Shown in pieces: positions 10,679 through 21,657 of a stretch of DNA of 64,000 nt. The notes under the pieces are model-generated. The model saw only the letters and a list, made by a program, of their open reading frames with translations, was not told the DNA's origin and did not search any database. Numbering within the stretch: position 1 is the first letter of the stretch; each line of letters opens with the position of its first letter. The translations under genes were made by a program, and so were the position numbers. The stretch is from an uncultured Syntrophomonadaceae bacterium (GTDB lineage: Bacteria > Bacillota > Dethiobacteria > DTU022): the NCBI GenBank assembly GCA_964485855.1, contig CAZAKI010000001.1, positions 33,066 to 97,065 of the forward strand, given 5' to 3'.

Positions 10679-11236
10679 TTAAACTTCCATAATCTCTTTT
10701 TCCTTTAAGTCAGTTATTTCGTCGATCTCAGTAATTTTCTGGTTGGTAATATCCTGAATTTTTTCCTGGGAACGTCTGTGCTCGTCTTCAGAGATATCGC
10801 CTGATTTTTCCAGCTGTTTAACTTCATCATTGGCATCGCGCCTGATATTGCGAATACTTACTTTACTTTCTTCAGCTTTCTTCCGCAGATACTTAACCAG
10901 CTCTTTCCTTCTTTCTTCAGTTAGCTGGGGAATCGCCAACCGGATTACTTCACCATCATTGTTTGGCGTTAGACCAAGATCTGATTTAAGAATTGCTTTT
11001 TCAATATCGCCAATTGATTGTTTATCCCATGGTTGAATTACCAGGAGTCTCGATTCAGGGGCTGAAATGCCCGCCAGCTGGTTCAAAGGTGTCACTGTCC
11101 CGTAATACTCTACTTCAATTCGGTCCAAGAGAGCGGGCGTTGCCCTGCCGGCGCGTAAAGAAGCCAATTCACGCTGGTAAGCGCCGGTTACCTTTTGCAT
11201 TCTTTCTTCGGTTTCGTTGTATACCAAGTCTAACAT
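10679..11236 (-). CDS. frr: ribosome recycling factor
   Basis: 185 aa with a typical Frr sequence, immediately downstream of pyrH. Confidence 0.95.
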   Translation of the reverse strand: MLDLVYNETEERMQKVTGAYQRELASLRAGRATPALLDRIEVEYYGTVTPLNQLAGISAPESRLLVIQPWDKQSIGDIEKAILKSDLGLTPNNDGEVIRLAIPQLTEERRKELVKYLRKKAEESKVSIRNIRRDANDEVKQLEKSGDISEDEHRRSQEKIQDITNQKITEIDEITDLKEKEIMEV

Positions 11237-11239
11237 AAA

Positions 11240-11980
<741 letters not shown>

Positions 11981-12038
11981 TTATTCGACATTTATTTTCT
12001 GACAACCTTCAAGCCAGTTCTATTTATCCAATAATCGC

Positions 12039-12065
12039 AAAAAAAAAGAACACTTTTCAGTGTTC
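12039..12065 (-). terminator. rho-independent terminator after tsf (bidirectional shape)
   Basis: A perfect 7-bp stem (GAACACT/AGTGTTC) with a 4-nt loop. It is flanked by a 9-A run on one side and TTTTT on the other, so a U-tract follows the hairpin on the minus strand. It starts 11 nt past the tsf stop. Confidence 0.6.
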
Positions 12066-12075
12066 TTTTTGACGA

Positions 12076-12699
12076 TTATTGGCAGCAGCCCGAATCTTCC
12101 TCGAGCCCTTCACCGATCTCAAAGCGCGTAAACCTTCTGATTACTATGTTTTCGCCAATTTTGGCAATCATTCCTGTTAACAGATCTTTTATCGTCTGCT
12201 CATCATCCTTAACATAATCTTGTTCCAGCAAACAATTCTCCCGATAATATTTTTCCAGTCTACCTTCGACAATCTTTTCAATTACTTTTTCCGGTTTTCC
12301 CTCATTTAAAGCTTGAGCCTTAATTATTTGACTTTCTTTGTCAATAACACCCTGGGGAACCTCTTCTTTTTTAAGGTAAAGAGGATTCGTTGCCGCAACT
12401 TGCAGACATATATTACGAACGAACTCACGGAATTCATCATTGCGGGCTACGAAATCGGTTTCGCAATTTACTTCCACCAGAACTCCAATTTTACCACCCA
12501 GATGGATATAGGAATCAACAATTCCCTGATTAGCTGCCCTTCCGGAACGACGGGCAGCTGCTGCTAAACCTTTTTCTCTTAAGATATCAATTGCTTTTTC
12601 TTCATTTCCATTCGATTCGGTCAGTGCTTTTTTGCAATCCATCATTCCGGCACCAGTTTTTTCTCTCAGCGCCTTGACCACTTTAGCCTCAATTTGCAT
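12076..12699 (-). CDS. tsf: elongation factor Ts (short form)
   Basis: 207 aa with [16 protein letters not shown] near the N-terminus. Confidence 0.95.
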   Translation of the reverse strand: MQIEAKVVKALREKTGAGMMDCKKALTESNGNEEKAIDILREKGLAAAARRSGRAANQGIVDSYIHLGGKIGVLVEVNCETDFVARNDEFREFVRNICLQVAATNPLYLKKEEVPQGVIDKESQIIKAQALNEGKPEKVIEKIVEGRLEKYYRENCLLEQDYVKDDEQTIKDLLTGMIAKIGENIVIRRFTRFEIGEGLEEDSGCCQ

Positions 12700-12720
12700 C
12701 TATAGACACTCCTTAATTGA

Positions 12721-13641
12721 TTATTCTTCAGTAGTTACAGTTTCCTCGACCTGTTCCGCATCATTGGCCTTAGTTCCTTCGGTGTCATTACCATTTACAG
12801 ATGCATGAGCCAAAGTGCCTTCATTCACAACACTAGCTTCATTATTAACACTTTCAGTTTTTTCTAAGACCTCAAAGTTTTCCGCTCCACCGATTTCTTG
12901 CTCTTCTTTCTCTTCTTTCTCTTCTTTCTCTTCAGACTCCGTTACTTCCGGTGCTTCGCTGATCTGCTTACCTTCCAGGACAGCATCCGCCATTATTGAA
13001 GTGATCAGTTTAACAGCCCTGATTGCATCATCGTTACCGGGTATCAGATAATCGATTTCATCAGGGTCGCAATTAGTATCAACAATGGCAATTACCGGAA
13101 TATCAAGTTTACGAGCTTCGGCTACCGCAATTCTTTCTTTGCGGGGATCGACTATGTAAATAGCGTCAGGAATTTTTTTCATTTCACGAATACCGCGTAA
13201 GAATTTTAATAATCGCTCTTTTTCATTACGCAGGTTCAGAACTTCTTTTTTGGTCAATCTTTCAAATGTGCCATCTTCTTCCATTCGGTCAAGCTCAATC
13301 ATCCTGTCAATTCGGCGACGGATAGTGCTAAAGTTTGTCAGCATCCCTCCAAGCCAACGATGGTTAACATAGTGGGCTCCGCAGCGTTCCGACTCTGTCC
13401 GAATTGATTCCTGAGCCTGTTTCTTGGTGCCGACAAAAATAATACTTCCCCCATCAGCAACCATATCTCGAATATAATTGTAGGCAACATCCATTAGCTT
13501 AACGGTTTTTTGCAAATCAATGATATAAATCCCGTTACGCTCAGTAAAAATATAGTTTTTCATCTTGGGGTTCCAACGACGGGTTTGATGACCGAAATGG
13601 ACACCCGCTTCAAGCAATTGCTTCATACTTACTCTGGCCAA
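12721..13641 (-). CDS. rpsB: 30S ribosomal protein S2 with a long acidic C-terminal extension
   Basis: The S2 core ([22 protein letters not shown]) is present. The start is placed at TTG 13641, which sits 7 nt after an AAAGGAGG Shine-Dalgarno and gives [10 protein letters not shown]. The longer ORF-track N-terminus has no Shine-Dalgarno. The roughly 80-residue C-terminal tail is rich in E, K and T and includes [13 protein letters not shown]. Confidence 0.9.
   Translation of the reverse strand: MARVSMKQLLEAGVHFGHQTRRWNPKMKNYIFTERNGIYIIDLQKTVKLMDVAYNYIRDMVADGGSIIFVGTKKQAQESIRTESERCGAHYVNHRWLGGMLTNFSTIRRRIDRMIELDRMEEDGTFERLTKKEVLNLRNEKERLLKFLRGIREMKKIPDAIYIVDPRKERIAVAEARKLDIPVIAIVDTNCDPDEIDYLIPGNDDAIRAVKLITSIMADAVLEGKQISEAPEVTESEEKEEKEEKEEQEIGGAENFEVLEKTESVNNEASVVNEGTLAHASVNGNDTEGTKANDAEQVEETVTTEE
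12901..12933. repeat. tandem 9-bp repeat (CTCTTCTTT, about 3.7 copies) encoding the EEK repeats in the S2 tail
   Basis: Direct reading: ctcttctttctcttctttctcttctttctcttc. Confidence 0.7.
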
Positions 13642-13750
13642 TCTAATTCCTCCTTTTGTTTTTACCGCCGCCTGCTTCATAACCGTAACCGAGCATCGCG
13701 CCAACCGGTCTACGGTTCAACAAACGTGAGTATTTGAAATTACCAGAGGT

Positions 13751-13779
13751 AGTATAGCATAGTTAACGTTTGATGGCAA
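13751..13779 (-). promoter_or_regulatory. candidate sigma-70 promoter of rpsB-tsf (-35 TTGCCA, 17 nt, -10 TATACT)
   Basis: On the minus strand, TTGCCA is at 13779..13774 and TATACT at 13756..13751, about 110 nt upstream of the rpsB start. Confidence 0.5.
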
Positions 13780-13834
13780 TTTTTAAGGATAGCTGTGATC
13801 ATTTTAGTCCGGCAATCAGCTCAATGGATCCCTG

Positions 13835-13863
13835 TTGCAATACTGTTGAGCATATTATAGAAT
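13835..13863 (+). promoter_or_regulatory. candidate sigma-70 promoter of the DUF1015 gene (-35 TTGCAA, 17 nt, -10 TAGAAT)
   Basis: TTGCAA at 13835..13840 and TAGAAT at 13858..13863, 55 nt upstream of the ATG at 13918. Confidence 0.4.
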
Positions 13864-13917
13864 CTAGCCGTTATTACTGAACAAGAACACGCTAATCTGA
13901 AGGGCAGTATAAACTTA

Positions 13918-15189
13918 ATGATGGCTCGAATTCAACCGTTTAAAGGTATATATTACAATCAAAAGCAATCAGGTCCATTAGCTGATGTGATCACTCCTCC
14001 TTACGATGTATTAAGTATTGAAGAACAAGAAAGCCTTTATTCAAAAAGTCCCTTCAATCTAGTCCGTTTAGAGCAGGGTCTCAGTTACGCTGATGATCAC
14101 GAATACAACAACCGCTATACTCGTGCCGCAAAAACCTTTCAACAGTGGATTGATGAGCGGGTACTCATCCAAGACGATCATCCTTCATTTTACCTTCATG
14201 AACAATCTTTCAAGTACAGAGGCAGCCTATACACCAGAATAGGAATGATGGCGGCCCTGCGTTTAGAGCCTTTCGGCAAATCAGTTTTTCCTCATGAACG
14301 GACAATGACAGCGCCGAAAGAAGATCGTTACAAACTTTTAAAACATTTAATGGCCAACATCAGCCCTATTTTTATGTTGATGCGTGATCCTGACAAGCAA
14401 ATACTTTCTTTTTACAAGCAGTATCATTCAAAAGAACCTTCAATCGAGATATCTGAAACTAACGGCCACCAGCATCGGATTTGGAAAATAAAAAACCAGA
14501 AAGAACAGCAGTTTTTCAGCAACTATGCAGAAGAACAAAAGCTATTAATCGCCGATGGTCATCATCGCTATGAAACCGCATTAAAATTTAGCACACAAGA
14601 AGACAATAGTTTAAACCTTGAGTCATCATCGGTTTTAGTAACCCTGGTCAGTTCTGAAGATTCGGGTTTACTAATGTTGCCGACACACCGTTTGTTAAAT
14701 AACCTTGATCGTAAACAGCAAATGTTAATAAACGATTTGATCGATCAGAATTTCGAGATCCATAACCAGGGAAAACTTAAAAACATCGATCTAGTAAAAT
14801 ATTATGATCGGCTTTCAACTGAAAAAGACTACAGGGATAGTTTTGGCTATCTTACCAGGAATACTGGCTTTATTTTAGTGCCGAAGGTCAGAACCGACAG
14901 CTACCTGCTGCCTGTTGAACAGTTGCATAAATATGTTCTGGAGCCATTTATGAATGTACATAACGCAACCATGGCTGCAACGAAAATCTCTTACCCGCAT
15001 GAACTGGAGCAGATTGCAAGACAGGTTTATGAAAACAAATCTGGCGAAATTGCTTTCATTTTTGCCGATATCAGAATTGATACAGTCTGGGATCGTGCTT
15101 TGAAAAAAGGTGTAATGCCGCAAAAAACTACATTTTTTTATCCTAAGTTGCCCGGCGGCTTAATCTTGCGCAGTCTGAAGCATTGTTAA
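13918..15189 (+). CDS. DUF1015 domain-containing protein (conserved, function unknown)
   Basis: 423 aa. The N-terminus (MMARIQPFKGIYYN...ITPPYDV) matches how I remember the DUF1015 family. Confidence 0.7.
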   Translation: MMARIQPFKGIYYNQKQSGPLADVITPPYDVLSIEEQESLYSKSPFNLVRLEQGLSYADDHEYNNRYTRAAKTFQQWIDERVLIQDDHPSFYLHEQSFKYRGSLYTRIGMMAALRLEPFGKSVFPHERTMTAPKEDRYKLLKHLMANISPIFMLMRDPDKQILSFYKQYHSKEPSIEISETNGHQHRIWKIKNQKEQQFFSNYAEEQKLLIADGHHRYETALKFSTQEDNSLNLESSSVLVTLVSSEDSGLLMLPTHRLLNNLDRKQQMLINDLIDQNFEIHNQGKLKNIDLVKYYDRLSTEKDYRDSFGYLTRNTGFILVPKVRTDSYLLPVEQLHKYVLEPFMNVHNATMAATKISYPHELEQIARQVYENKSGEIAFIFADIRIDTVWDRALKKGVMPQKTTFFYPKLPGGLILRSLKHC

Positions 15190-16229
15190 ATATTCCAATA
15201 TTGTTTCTGTATTTTTTTAATCTCCTCAAATCGTCGCCTAAAATACTCTTTCGCTTCAGATTTTTCCTGTGGTTTATTAACCGGAAAACCCCACTGACCG
15301 ATTGCGTTTAAAATTTGAACAATGGCATCAGCTTGACCCTGGAGGTGATACCCACCTTCAAGGCAGAGTAGAAGCTTGCCTGCAGACCAGCGTTCAGATG
15401 CGCTAACAAGCTGCTCGGCCATCATTTGATAACCGTAATAAGATAGTGACATTCCGGCCAGGGGATCATCTAAATAAGCGTCCTGCCCGGCTGAGACAAT
15501 GATCAGTTCAGGTTTAAATTGATCGAGAATGGGGATTATTATTTCCCTAAAACAGATCTCATATTCAAAATCCCCGCAACCGGCAGGAAGAGGCAAGTTA
15601 ACAGTAAAACCCGTTCCCGGACCATTTCCCACCTCTTCAAGATTACCACTGCCTGGATAAGCCGGGCTTTGATGGATTGAAATAAATAGTGTTTGTGAGT
15701 CATCTTCGAAGCTGTGCTGTGTGCCGTTTCCATGATGAACATCCCAATCGACAATGGCTACCCGTTTTAGATCATATACACTATGAGCACTTTTAGCAGC
15801 GATAGCTACATTATTGAAAAGACAGAAACCCATTGCTTTGTTCTTTTCAGCATGATGGCCGGGCGGTCTGTTCAGGACAAAAGCTTTCCCTCTCTCTTCG
15901 GTCATCACCCTTTCAAGACCAGTAAGCGCTCCACCTGCGGACAGCAGGGCTACCTGGTATGATTCAGGAACCAGATAAGTATCCAGATCCAAATAATTCC
16001 GTCCGGAAAGACATGCCTTTTCAACTAAGGCAATATAATCCGGATCATGCACCTGGCTGATCGCGTTAAGAGAAGCCGGTACAGGTTCAATCAACTTGTA
16101 TTTAGCAGAAAGCCCTTTACCATTTAGTGTCGAAAGAATATACTCTAATCTTTCTTTTCGTTCTGGATGACCAGGTTGGTTATGAATCAGGTAATCTTGA
16201 TGATAAATGATGATCGGTTTAGAGAACAT
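15186..16229 (-). CDS. histone deacetylase-family amidohydrolase (AcuC / acetoin utilization protein or acetylpolyamine amidohydrolase-like)
   Basis: The arginase/deacetylase-fold motifs HHGNG and D..H zinc ligands are present. The start is set at ATG 16229 (MFSKPIIIYHQ), which follows an AAGGAGG Shine-Dalgarno. The longer TTG version has no Shine-Dalgarno. Confidence 0.8.
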   Translation of the reverse strand: MFSKPIIIYHQDYLIHNQPGHPERKERLEYILSTLNGKGLSAKYKLIEPVPASLNAISQVHDPDYIALVEKACLSGRNYLDLDTYLVPESYQVALLSAGGALTGLERVMTEERGKAFVLNRPPGHHAEKNKAMGFCLFNNVAIAAKSAHSVYDLKRVAIVDWDVHHGNGTQHSFEDDSQTLFISIHQSPAYPGSGNLEEVGNGPGTGFTVNLPLPAGCGDFEYEICFREIIIPILDQFKPELIIVSAGQDAYLDDPLAGMSLSYYGYQMMAEQLVSASERWSAGKLLLCLEGGYHLQGQADAIVQILNAIGQWGFPVNKPQEKSEAKEYFRRRFEEIKKIQKQYWNI

Positions 16230-16277
16230 TTTTCGACTAATCCTCCTTGTTTGTAAGATCACTACCTTCAATTGTGA

Positions 16278-18026
16278 TTAAAGAACATTAGCCTCACCAC
16301 GATAAATAAGTCCCCTGATTGGGTCAACAGTAATTGTTTCACCGTTCTTTAAAACCGAAAGCGCGTTATTTACTCCGACTACCGTTGGGATCCCTAGACT
16401 AACAGCGACAATAGCCGCATGTGAGGTAAGTCCTCCTTCTTCGGTGATGACAGCAGCCGCCTTCTTGATCGCACCCATCGTGTTAATATCAGTGCTTGCT
16501 ATAACCAAAACCTGTCCTGCTGAGAACTGTTCAAGGTCGCTTTCTGTCCTGGCAATGAATGCCTGGCCCGATGCCGCATCTTTGCCGATACCAGTTCCTT
16601 TTACAATAATTTCACCAACTGTTTCAACCCGTAATAAATTCGTTGTGCCGGCAATACCGACCGGCACACCGGCGGTTATCACCACTAGATCCCCATTTTT
16701 TATTAGTTTTTCAGCCATTGCGGCTTGAATGGCATTGGCAAACATTTCATCAGTCGAGCTAACCGGTGGACAGATAACGGTCCGCACTCCCCAGGTAAGC
16801 GTTAGTTGATTAGCGACCTGCTGACGAGATGAAACGGCTATAATCGGCGCCTTTGGCTTATACTTTGATACCATCCTGGCGGTCTGGCCCGATTGGGTAG
16901 CAGTAATAATGGCATCTGCGCCGAGCTCATATGCAGTGTGACAGGTAGCATAACTAATAGCATCAGTAACTGTTTTTTTAATTAACGGCCGCATATCTTC
17001 TAATATTTTCTTATAACCAAGACCGCTTTCGGTATGAACAGCAATCTTACTCATTGTTGATACGGACTCTACCGGAAATTTTCCAATGGCAGTTTCTCCG
17101 GATAACATAATAGCATCGGTTCCATCAAATATTGCATTGGCCACATCGCTGGCTTCCGCCCTGGTCGGACGGGGGTTACGGATCATGCTATCGAGCATCT
17201 GGGTTGCTGTAATTACCGGTTTGCCAAGACGGTTGCATTTTCGGATAAATTGCTTTTGGAGTAAAGGTACTTCTTCAGTCGGTATTTCCACACCAAGATC
17301 ACCCCTGGCCACCATTACCCCATCTGAAACAGACAAGATCGATTCAAAATTAGCGACTCCTTCCTGACTTTCTATTTTCGCTATCAGCATGATGCTGCCG
17401 CCTTTATCCTCAACAATTTTTCTGATTTCCAAGATATCCTCTGCACTGCGGGCAAAAGAAGCGGCAATAAAATTAATGTCATGCTCAACTGCCAGTTCAA
17501 TATCAACTCGATCTTCTGTACTCACCGCCGGTAGATTGATTCTCGTTCCTGGCGTATTTATCCCTTTATAGCTGCGTAACTCACCGCCATGGATTACCCT
17601 GCATTCGATGTTTCGATCGAAAACAGACAATACTTCAAGAGTAATCAAGCCATCGTCAATCAATACCTGGCAACCAGGATTAAGATCCTTGTGAAAATCT
17701 GGATAGGTTACTGAAACTATCTCACTATTTCCAGTTACCGTTTCTGTAGTTAAGATCAATCGTGCTCCTTCTACTAACTGGACAGAATCCTTTTCTAAAG
17801 GACCGGTTCGAACTTCCGGACCTCTCGTATCGAATAAAAATCCCACGTTGCTATTCATTTCTTCACTGACTGACCTGATCATTTTCAACCTGCGTAAATG
17901 ATCCTCGCGCTTGCCGTGGGATAAATTTAACCGTGCTACATCCATACCCGCTTCAATCATATCCCGGATCCGTTCTTCACCATCAATACTAGGCCCAATG
18001 GTACAAACTATCTTTGTTCTACGCAT
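16278..18026 (-). CDS. pyk: pyruvate kinase with a C-terminal PEP-utilizer (phosphohistidine-like) domain
   Basis: MRRTKIVCTIGP at the N-terminus. The C-terminal roughly 100 aa match the PEP-utilising-enzyme mobile domain seen in Bacillus-type pyruvate kinase. The start is at ATG 18026 after GGAGG. Confidence 0.9.
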   Translation of the reverse strand: MRRTKIVCTIGPSIDGEERIRDMIEAGMDVARLNLSHGKREDHLRRLKMIRSVSEEMNSNVGFLFDTRGPEVRTGPLEKDSVQLVEGARLILTTETVTGNSEIVSVTYPDFHKDLNPGCQVLIDDGLITLEVLSVFDRNIECRVIHGGELRSYKGINTPGTRINLPAVSTEDRVDIELAVEHDINFIAASFARSAEDILEIRKIVEDKGGSIMLIAKIESQEGVANFESILSVSDGVMVARGDLGVEIPTEEVPLLQKQFIRKCNRLGKPVITATQMLDSMIRNPRPTRAEASDVANAIFDGTDAIMLSGETAIGKFPVESVSTMSKIAVHTESGLGYKKILEDMRPLIKKTVTDAISYATCHTAYELGADAIITATQSGQTARMVSKYKPKAPIIAVSSRQQVANQLTLTWGVRTVICPPVSSTDEMFANAIQAAMAEKLIKNGDLVVITAGVPVGIAGTTNLLRVETVGEIIVKGTGIGKDAASGQAFIARTESDLEQFSAGQVLVIASTDINTMGAIKKAAAVITEEGGLTSHAAIVAVSLGIPTVVGVNNALSVLKNGETITVDPIRGLIYRGEANVL

Positions 18027-18071
18027 CAACAATGCCTCCAACAGTGATCTTCACCAATCGAATTAATCGCG

Positions 18072-21000
18072 CTAATTATCTTTAAGAAATGATTGATAAT
18101 TATTTCCTCTTTGCTCAATCACCGACCCCTTACCTAAGATGTTTTCTAACCGCTCGCGGCAAGCAGGGTGATCACGAACCCAAAATTCTTCTGCCAACAA
18201 TAAAGTTTTGTCATCCTGGCGAAAATAGATACAAACCGGCACATTGCCATTTTCTGCTACTAAAGTGTCTTTTAGGTTGGTTAAAAGGTTTTCATCATGC
18301 TGTTCATTGATCTCCAAAAGAAAGTATTTATCTTTACAGTTTAAGGAATATATTTTTTCCGCAAGTATCTTTACCTCTTCTTCTTCCTTCATATCGGTTC
18401 GACCTTCGACAATCACCAGGTTATCTTCACCGATCAGTGCAGAACATTTTTCGAACAGGTCTGGAAATATAACCACTTCAACACTGCCGGTCAGGTCTTC
18501 TAATTTCACAAAAGCCATCTGTTTTTTCGTTTTGGTATAAAAAATACGAACGGCAACGATGATTCCACCCAGTTTCACATGATGGTTGTCAGCGCTTTCG
18601 GAAAGTTCAGCACAACTTGATAAATCGTCATGCTTTTCCAAGATGCCACGATAAGGTTCCAACGGATGACCAGAAATGTATAAGCCAAGCATTTCTTTCT
18701 CCAGGGCGAGTTTTTCCATTTCGTCGAAGGGCTCAATTTCAACTAAACGATCGTCAATCATTTCCTCTTGAACTTTATGATCAAGCAAAGAAAACATCGA
18801 AATCTGACCGTTGTCTCTTTCCCTTTGATCAGCCTGGCCATAAGCTAAAACATCATCTAAAATTGCCAGATACTGAGACCTGTGCCCGCCCAGCAAATCG
18901 AAAGCACCACATTTTATTAGGCTTTCCAATACCTTTCGATTACAGAGCCTTAAATCAATCCTGGATACAAAATCACGTAGTGACTGAAACTTGCCTCCAT
19001 TGCTACGGGCTTGAATGATTGAATCAATCGCACCGAGACCTACATTTTTAACCGCAGCAAGGCCAAATCTTATTCGTTTTTCACCAATCACCGTAAAATG
19101 TTCTTCACTTTCATTGATATCCGGTGGTAAAACTTCAATCCCCATACGACGGCAATCAGCGATATAGAGAGCAACCTTATCGCTGTTAGCATAATATACT
19201 GTCATTAATGCCGACATATATTCAACCGGATAATTTGCTTTCAGGTAGGCAGTTTGATACGCGATTAGGGCATAAGCAGCCGCATGAGATTTATTGAACC
19301 CATATGACGCAAACTTTAAGATTAAATCGTAAATCTTGATTGCCAACTCTTTTGAATATCCGCTATTCAAACAACCTTCAACAAACATTTCCTGCTGTTG
19401 ATCTAAAAGATCTTTTTTCTTTTTTCCGATAGCCCGCCGGAGCAGATCAGCCTGGCTAAGCGTAAAACCGGCCATCCTGGCAGCTATTTCCATCACCTGT
19501 TCCTGGTAAACAATCACACCGTAAGTTTCATTGAGAATCGGTTCCAGGACAGGGTGAGCATATTTAATTTTCTTCTGTCCATGTTTACTTTTGATAAAAA
19601 CCGGTATCTGCTCCATCGGGCCAGGCCGGTAAAGCGCTACAACCGCAATAATATCTTCAAATTTATTTGGCATCAGTTCCCGAAGTACAGAACGCATGCC
19701 AGTGCTCTCAAGTTGAAATACTCCAGTTGTTTCCCCCTGGGATAATAGTTCATAGGTATTTTTATCCTGAAGGGTAATTTCTTCGATATTAATTTTTTTA
19801 CCGATCCGCTTATTGATATTTTTAAGCGCTTCACCAACAATACTGAGTGTCTTTAAGCCCAGAAAATCCATTTTTAGTAAGCCCAGATCTTCCAGGGTCA
19901 TCATCGGGAATTGAGTCACCACTGCGCTGTCAGACGTTTTATAGAGCGGAACCTGATTAACTAAGGGTTCTTTGGATATTACAACACCTGCCGCATGCGT
20001 CGAAGCATGCCTGGGCATTCCTTCTACTGCCATCGATGTATCAAGCAGCTTTCGGTAAGGTTCTTCCTGGTATTTCGACTGCAATTCCCTATTCTGTTCA
20101 AGAGCCCTGGCGATTGTCATCTTCGGCTCCATGGGAATAAGCTTTGCAATTTTGTCTACTTCGGCATAGGGTATCGCCATTGCCCTACCAACATCACGCA
20201 CCGCAGCCCTGGCAGCCATTGTTCCAAAAGTGATTATTTGGGCAACCTTTTCCTGCCCGTATTTTTCGCAGACGTAAGCCAAAATGCGATCTCTTTTATC
20301 ATCGCAGAAATCTATATCGATGTCAGGCATAGAAATCCGTTCGGGATTTAGAAACCTTTCAAACAGCAAACCATACCGCAGCGGTTCAATATTAGTTATA
20401 CCGAGACAATATGCAACCAGGCTACCTGCCGCCGAACCCCTTCCCGGTCCGACGATTACTGAAGATTTTTTTGCATATTCAATCAGATCCCAGACTATCA
20501 GGAAATAATTAGCATAATCCATCTGGCAGATTACTGTCAATTCATAATTTAGCCGTTTAATTAATTCTTCGTTTACTTCCGAATATCGTTTGTAGAGGCG
20601 TTCAAAACAGAGTTCTTTTAAATAATCACCTGCTTTAATCTCTTTTGGCAGAGGGTACGATGGTAAATGTCTTTGGTTAAAATCTCTTTCTACATTGCAA
20701 CGTTCAGCAATGATCAATGTGTTATCAATGGCTTCAGGGCAATCGGCAAAACGGGAGATCATTTCATCAGCAGTTTTCAAATAAAATTCAGGAGATTCAA
20801 AACGCATCCGTTCAGTTTCATCAATAGTTTTACCGGTTTGAATGCAGAGTAATACATCATGAACCATTGCATCTTCCCGTGATAAATAATGAACGTCATT
20901 TGATGCAACCAAAGGTATATTCAGTTCTGAGGCAATTTTTTTCAGTTCGGCATTAACAATTTTTTGTTCAGGCAAATTGTGATCATGAAGTTCTAGAAAA

Positions 21001-21518
21001 AAATTGTTTGTCCCAAAAATATCTTGATAAGATGCAGCAGCCTCTTTAGCCGCTTCAATTTGGCCACTAAGAATATTTGTTGGAATTTCACCGGCCAAAC
21101 ATGCGCTCATCCCAATTAATCCCTCACTGTGGGCAGCCAGTAGCTCGCGATCAATGCGCGGCTTATAATAAAATCCCTCAATGTAACCTGCAGACACTAG
21201 CTTCATCAAATTTTTATATCCTGTTTCATTTTCAGCAAGCAGAAGTAGATGGTATTGAGAATCATCTTTTTTTGCTTCCTTTTGAAAACGTGATCTTTTG
21301 GCTAAATAGACCTCACAACCTAGAATCGGTTTAATGCCGGCCTTTTTTGCCTCGCGATAGAAATCGATGACTCCAAACATTGTCCCGTGATCGGTTATAG
21401 CCAGTGCAGGCATATTCAGAGCCACTGCTTTTTTAATCATTTCATCAATCCTGGCTGCCCCGTCCAAAAGGCTATATTCACTGTGACAATGCAAGTGAAC
21501 AAAATTACCGGTATTCAA
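18072..21518 (-). CDS. dnaE: DNA polymerase III alpha subunit (DnaE type)
   Basis: 1148 aa. PHP domain with HLHCHSEYSLLDGA, polymerase core and OB fold. It uses a TTG start with a GGGGGA Shine-Dalgarno. Confidence 0.95.
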   Translation of the reverse strand: MNTGNFVHLHCHSEYSLLDGAARIDEMIKKAVALNMPALAITDHGTMFGVIDFYREAKKAGIKPILGCEVYLAKRSRFQKEAKKDDSQYHLLLLAENETGYKNLMKLVSAGYIEGFYYKPRIDRELLAAHSEGLIGMSACLAGEIPTNILSGQIEAAKEAAASYQDIFGTNNFFLELHDHNLPEQKIVNAELKKIASELNIPLVASNDVHYLSREDAMVHDVLLCIQTGKTIDETERMRFESPEFYLKTADEMISRFADCPEAIDNTLIIAERCNVERDFNQRHLPSYPLPKEIKAGDYLKELCFERLYKRYSEVNEELIKRLNYELTVICQMDYANYFLIVWDLIEYAKKSSVIVGPGRGSAAGSLVAYCLGITNIEPLRYGLLFERFLNPERISMPDIDIDFCDDKRDRILAYVCEKYGQEKVAQIITFGTMAARAAVRDVGRAMAIPYAEVDKIAKLIPMEPKMTIARALEQNRELQSKYQEEPYRKLLDTSMAVEGMPRHASTHAAGVVISKEPLVNQVPLYKTSDSAVVTQFPMMTLEDLGLLKMDFLGLKTLSIVGEALKNINKRIGKKINIEEITLQDKNTYELLSQGETTGVFQLESTGMRSVLRELMPNKFEDIIAVVALYRPGPMEQIPVFIKSKHGQKKIKYAHPVLEPILNETYGVIVYQEQVMEIAARMAGFTLSQADLLRRAIGKKKKDLLDQQQEMFVEGCLNSGYSKELAIKIYDLILKFASYGFNKSHAAAYALIAYQTAYLKANYPVEYMSALMTVYYANSDKVALYIADCRRMGIEVLPPDINESEEHFTVIGEKRIRFGLAAVKNVGLGAIDSIIQARSNGGKFQSLRDFVSRIDLRLCNRKVLESLIKCGAFDLLGGHRSQYLAILDDVLAYGQADQRERDNGQISMFSLLDHKVQEEMIDDRLVEIEPFDEMEKLALEKEMLGLYISGHPLEPYRGILEKHDDLSSCAELSESADNHHVKLGGIIVAVRIFYTKTKKQMAFVKLEDLTGSVEVVIFPDLFEKCSALIGEDNLVIVEGRTDMKEEEEVKILAEKIYSLNCKDKYFLLEINEQHDENLLTNLKDTLVAENGNVPVCIYFRQDDKTLLLAEEFWVRDHPACRERLENILGKGSVIEQRGNNYQSFLKDN

Positions 21519-21657
21519 TTAATATCCCCCTGTAGATGTTTACTCGCCTAGTTAATTTTCGCCTAAATGATGATCAGTTCCTTTAATTAGTAAAGGTTTT
21601 TTTCGTTCTCCGGTTATGATAAAATCTATCTGACAATTCATATTTGCCTCTAAAATA

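Noticed and set aside
12721-13704. Long N-terminal extensions in the ORF-track versions of rpsB, uppS, pyk, the HDAC-like gene, the Lon-like protease, rseP, purD, purE, icmB and purS.
   Set aside because: The track counts GTG/TTG as starts and reports the longest frame. Internal starts with clear Shine-Dalgarno sequences give N-termini that match the families. The extended versions lack a Shine-Dalgarno or overlap upstream genes.
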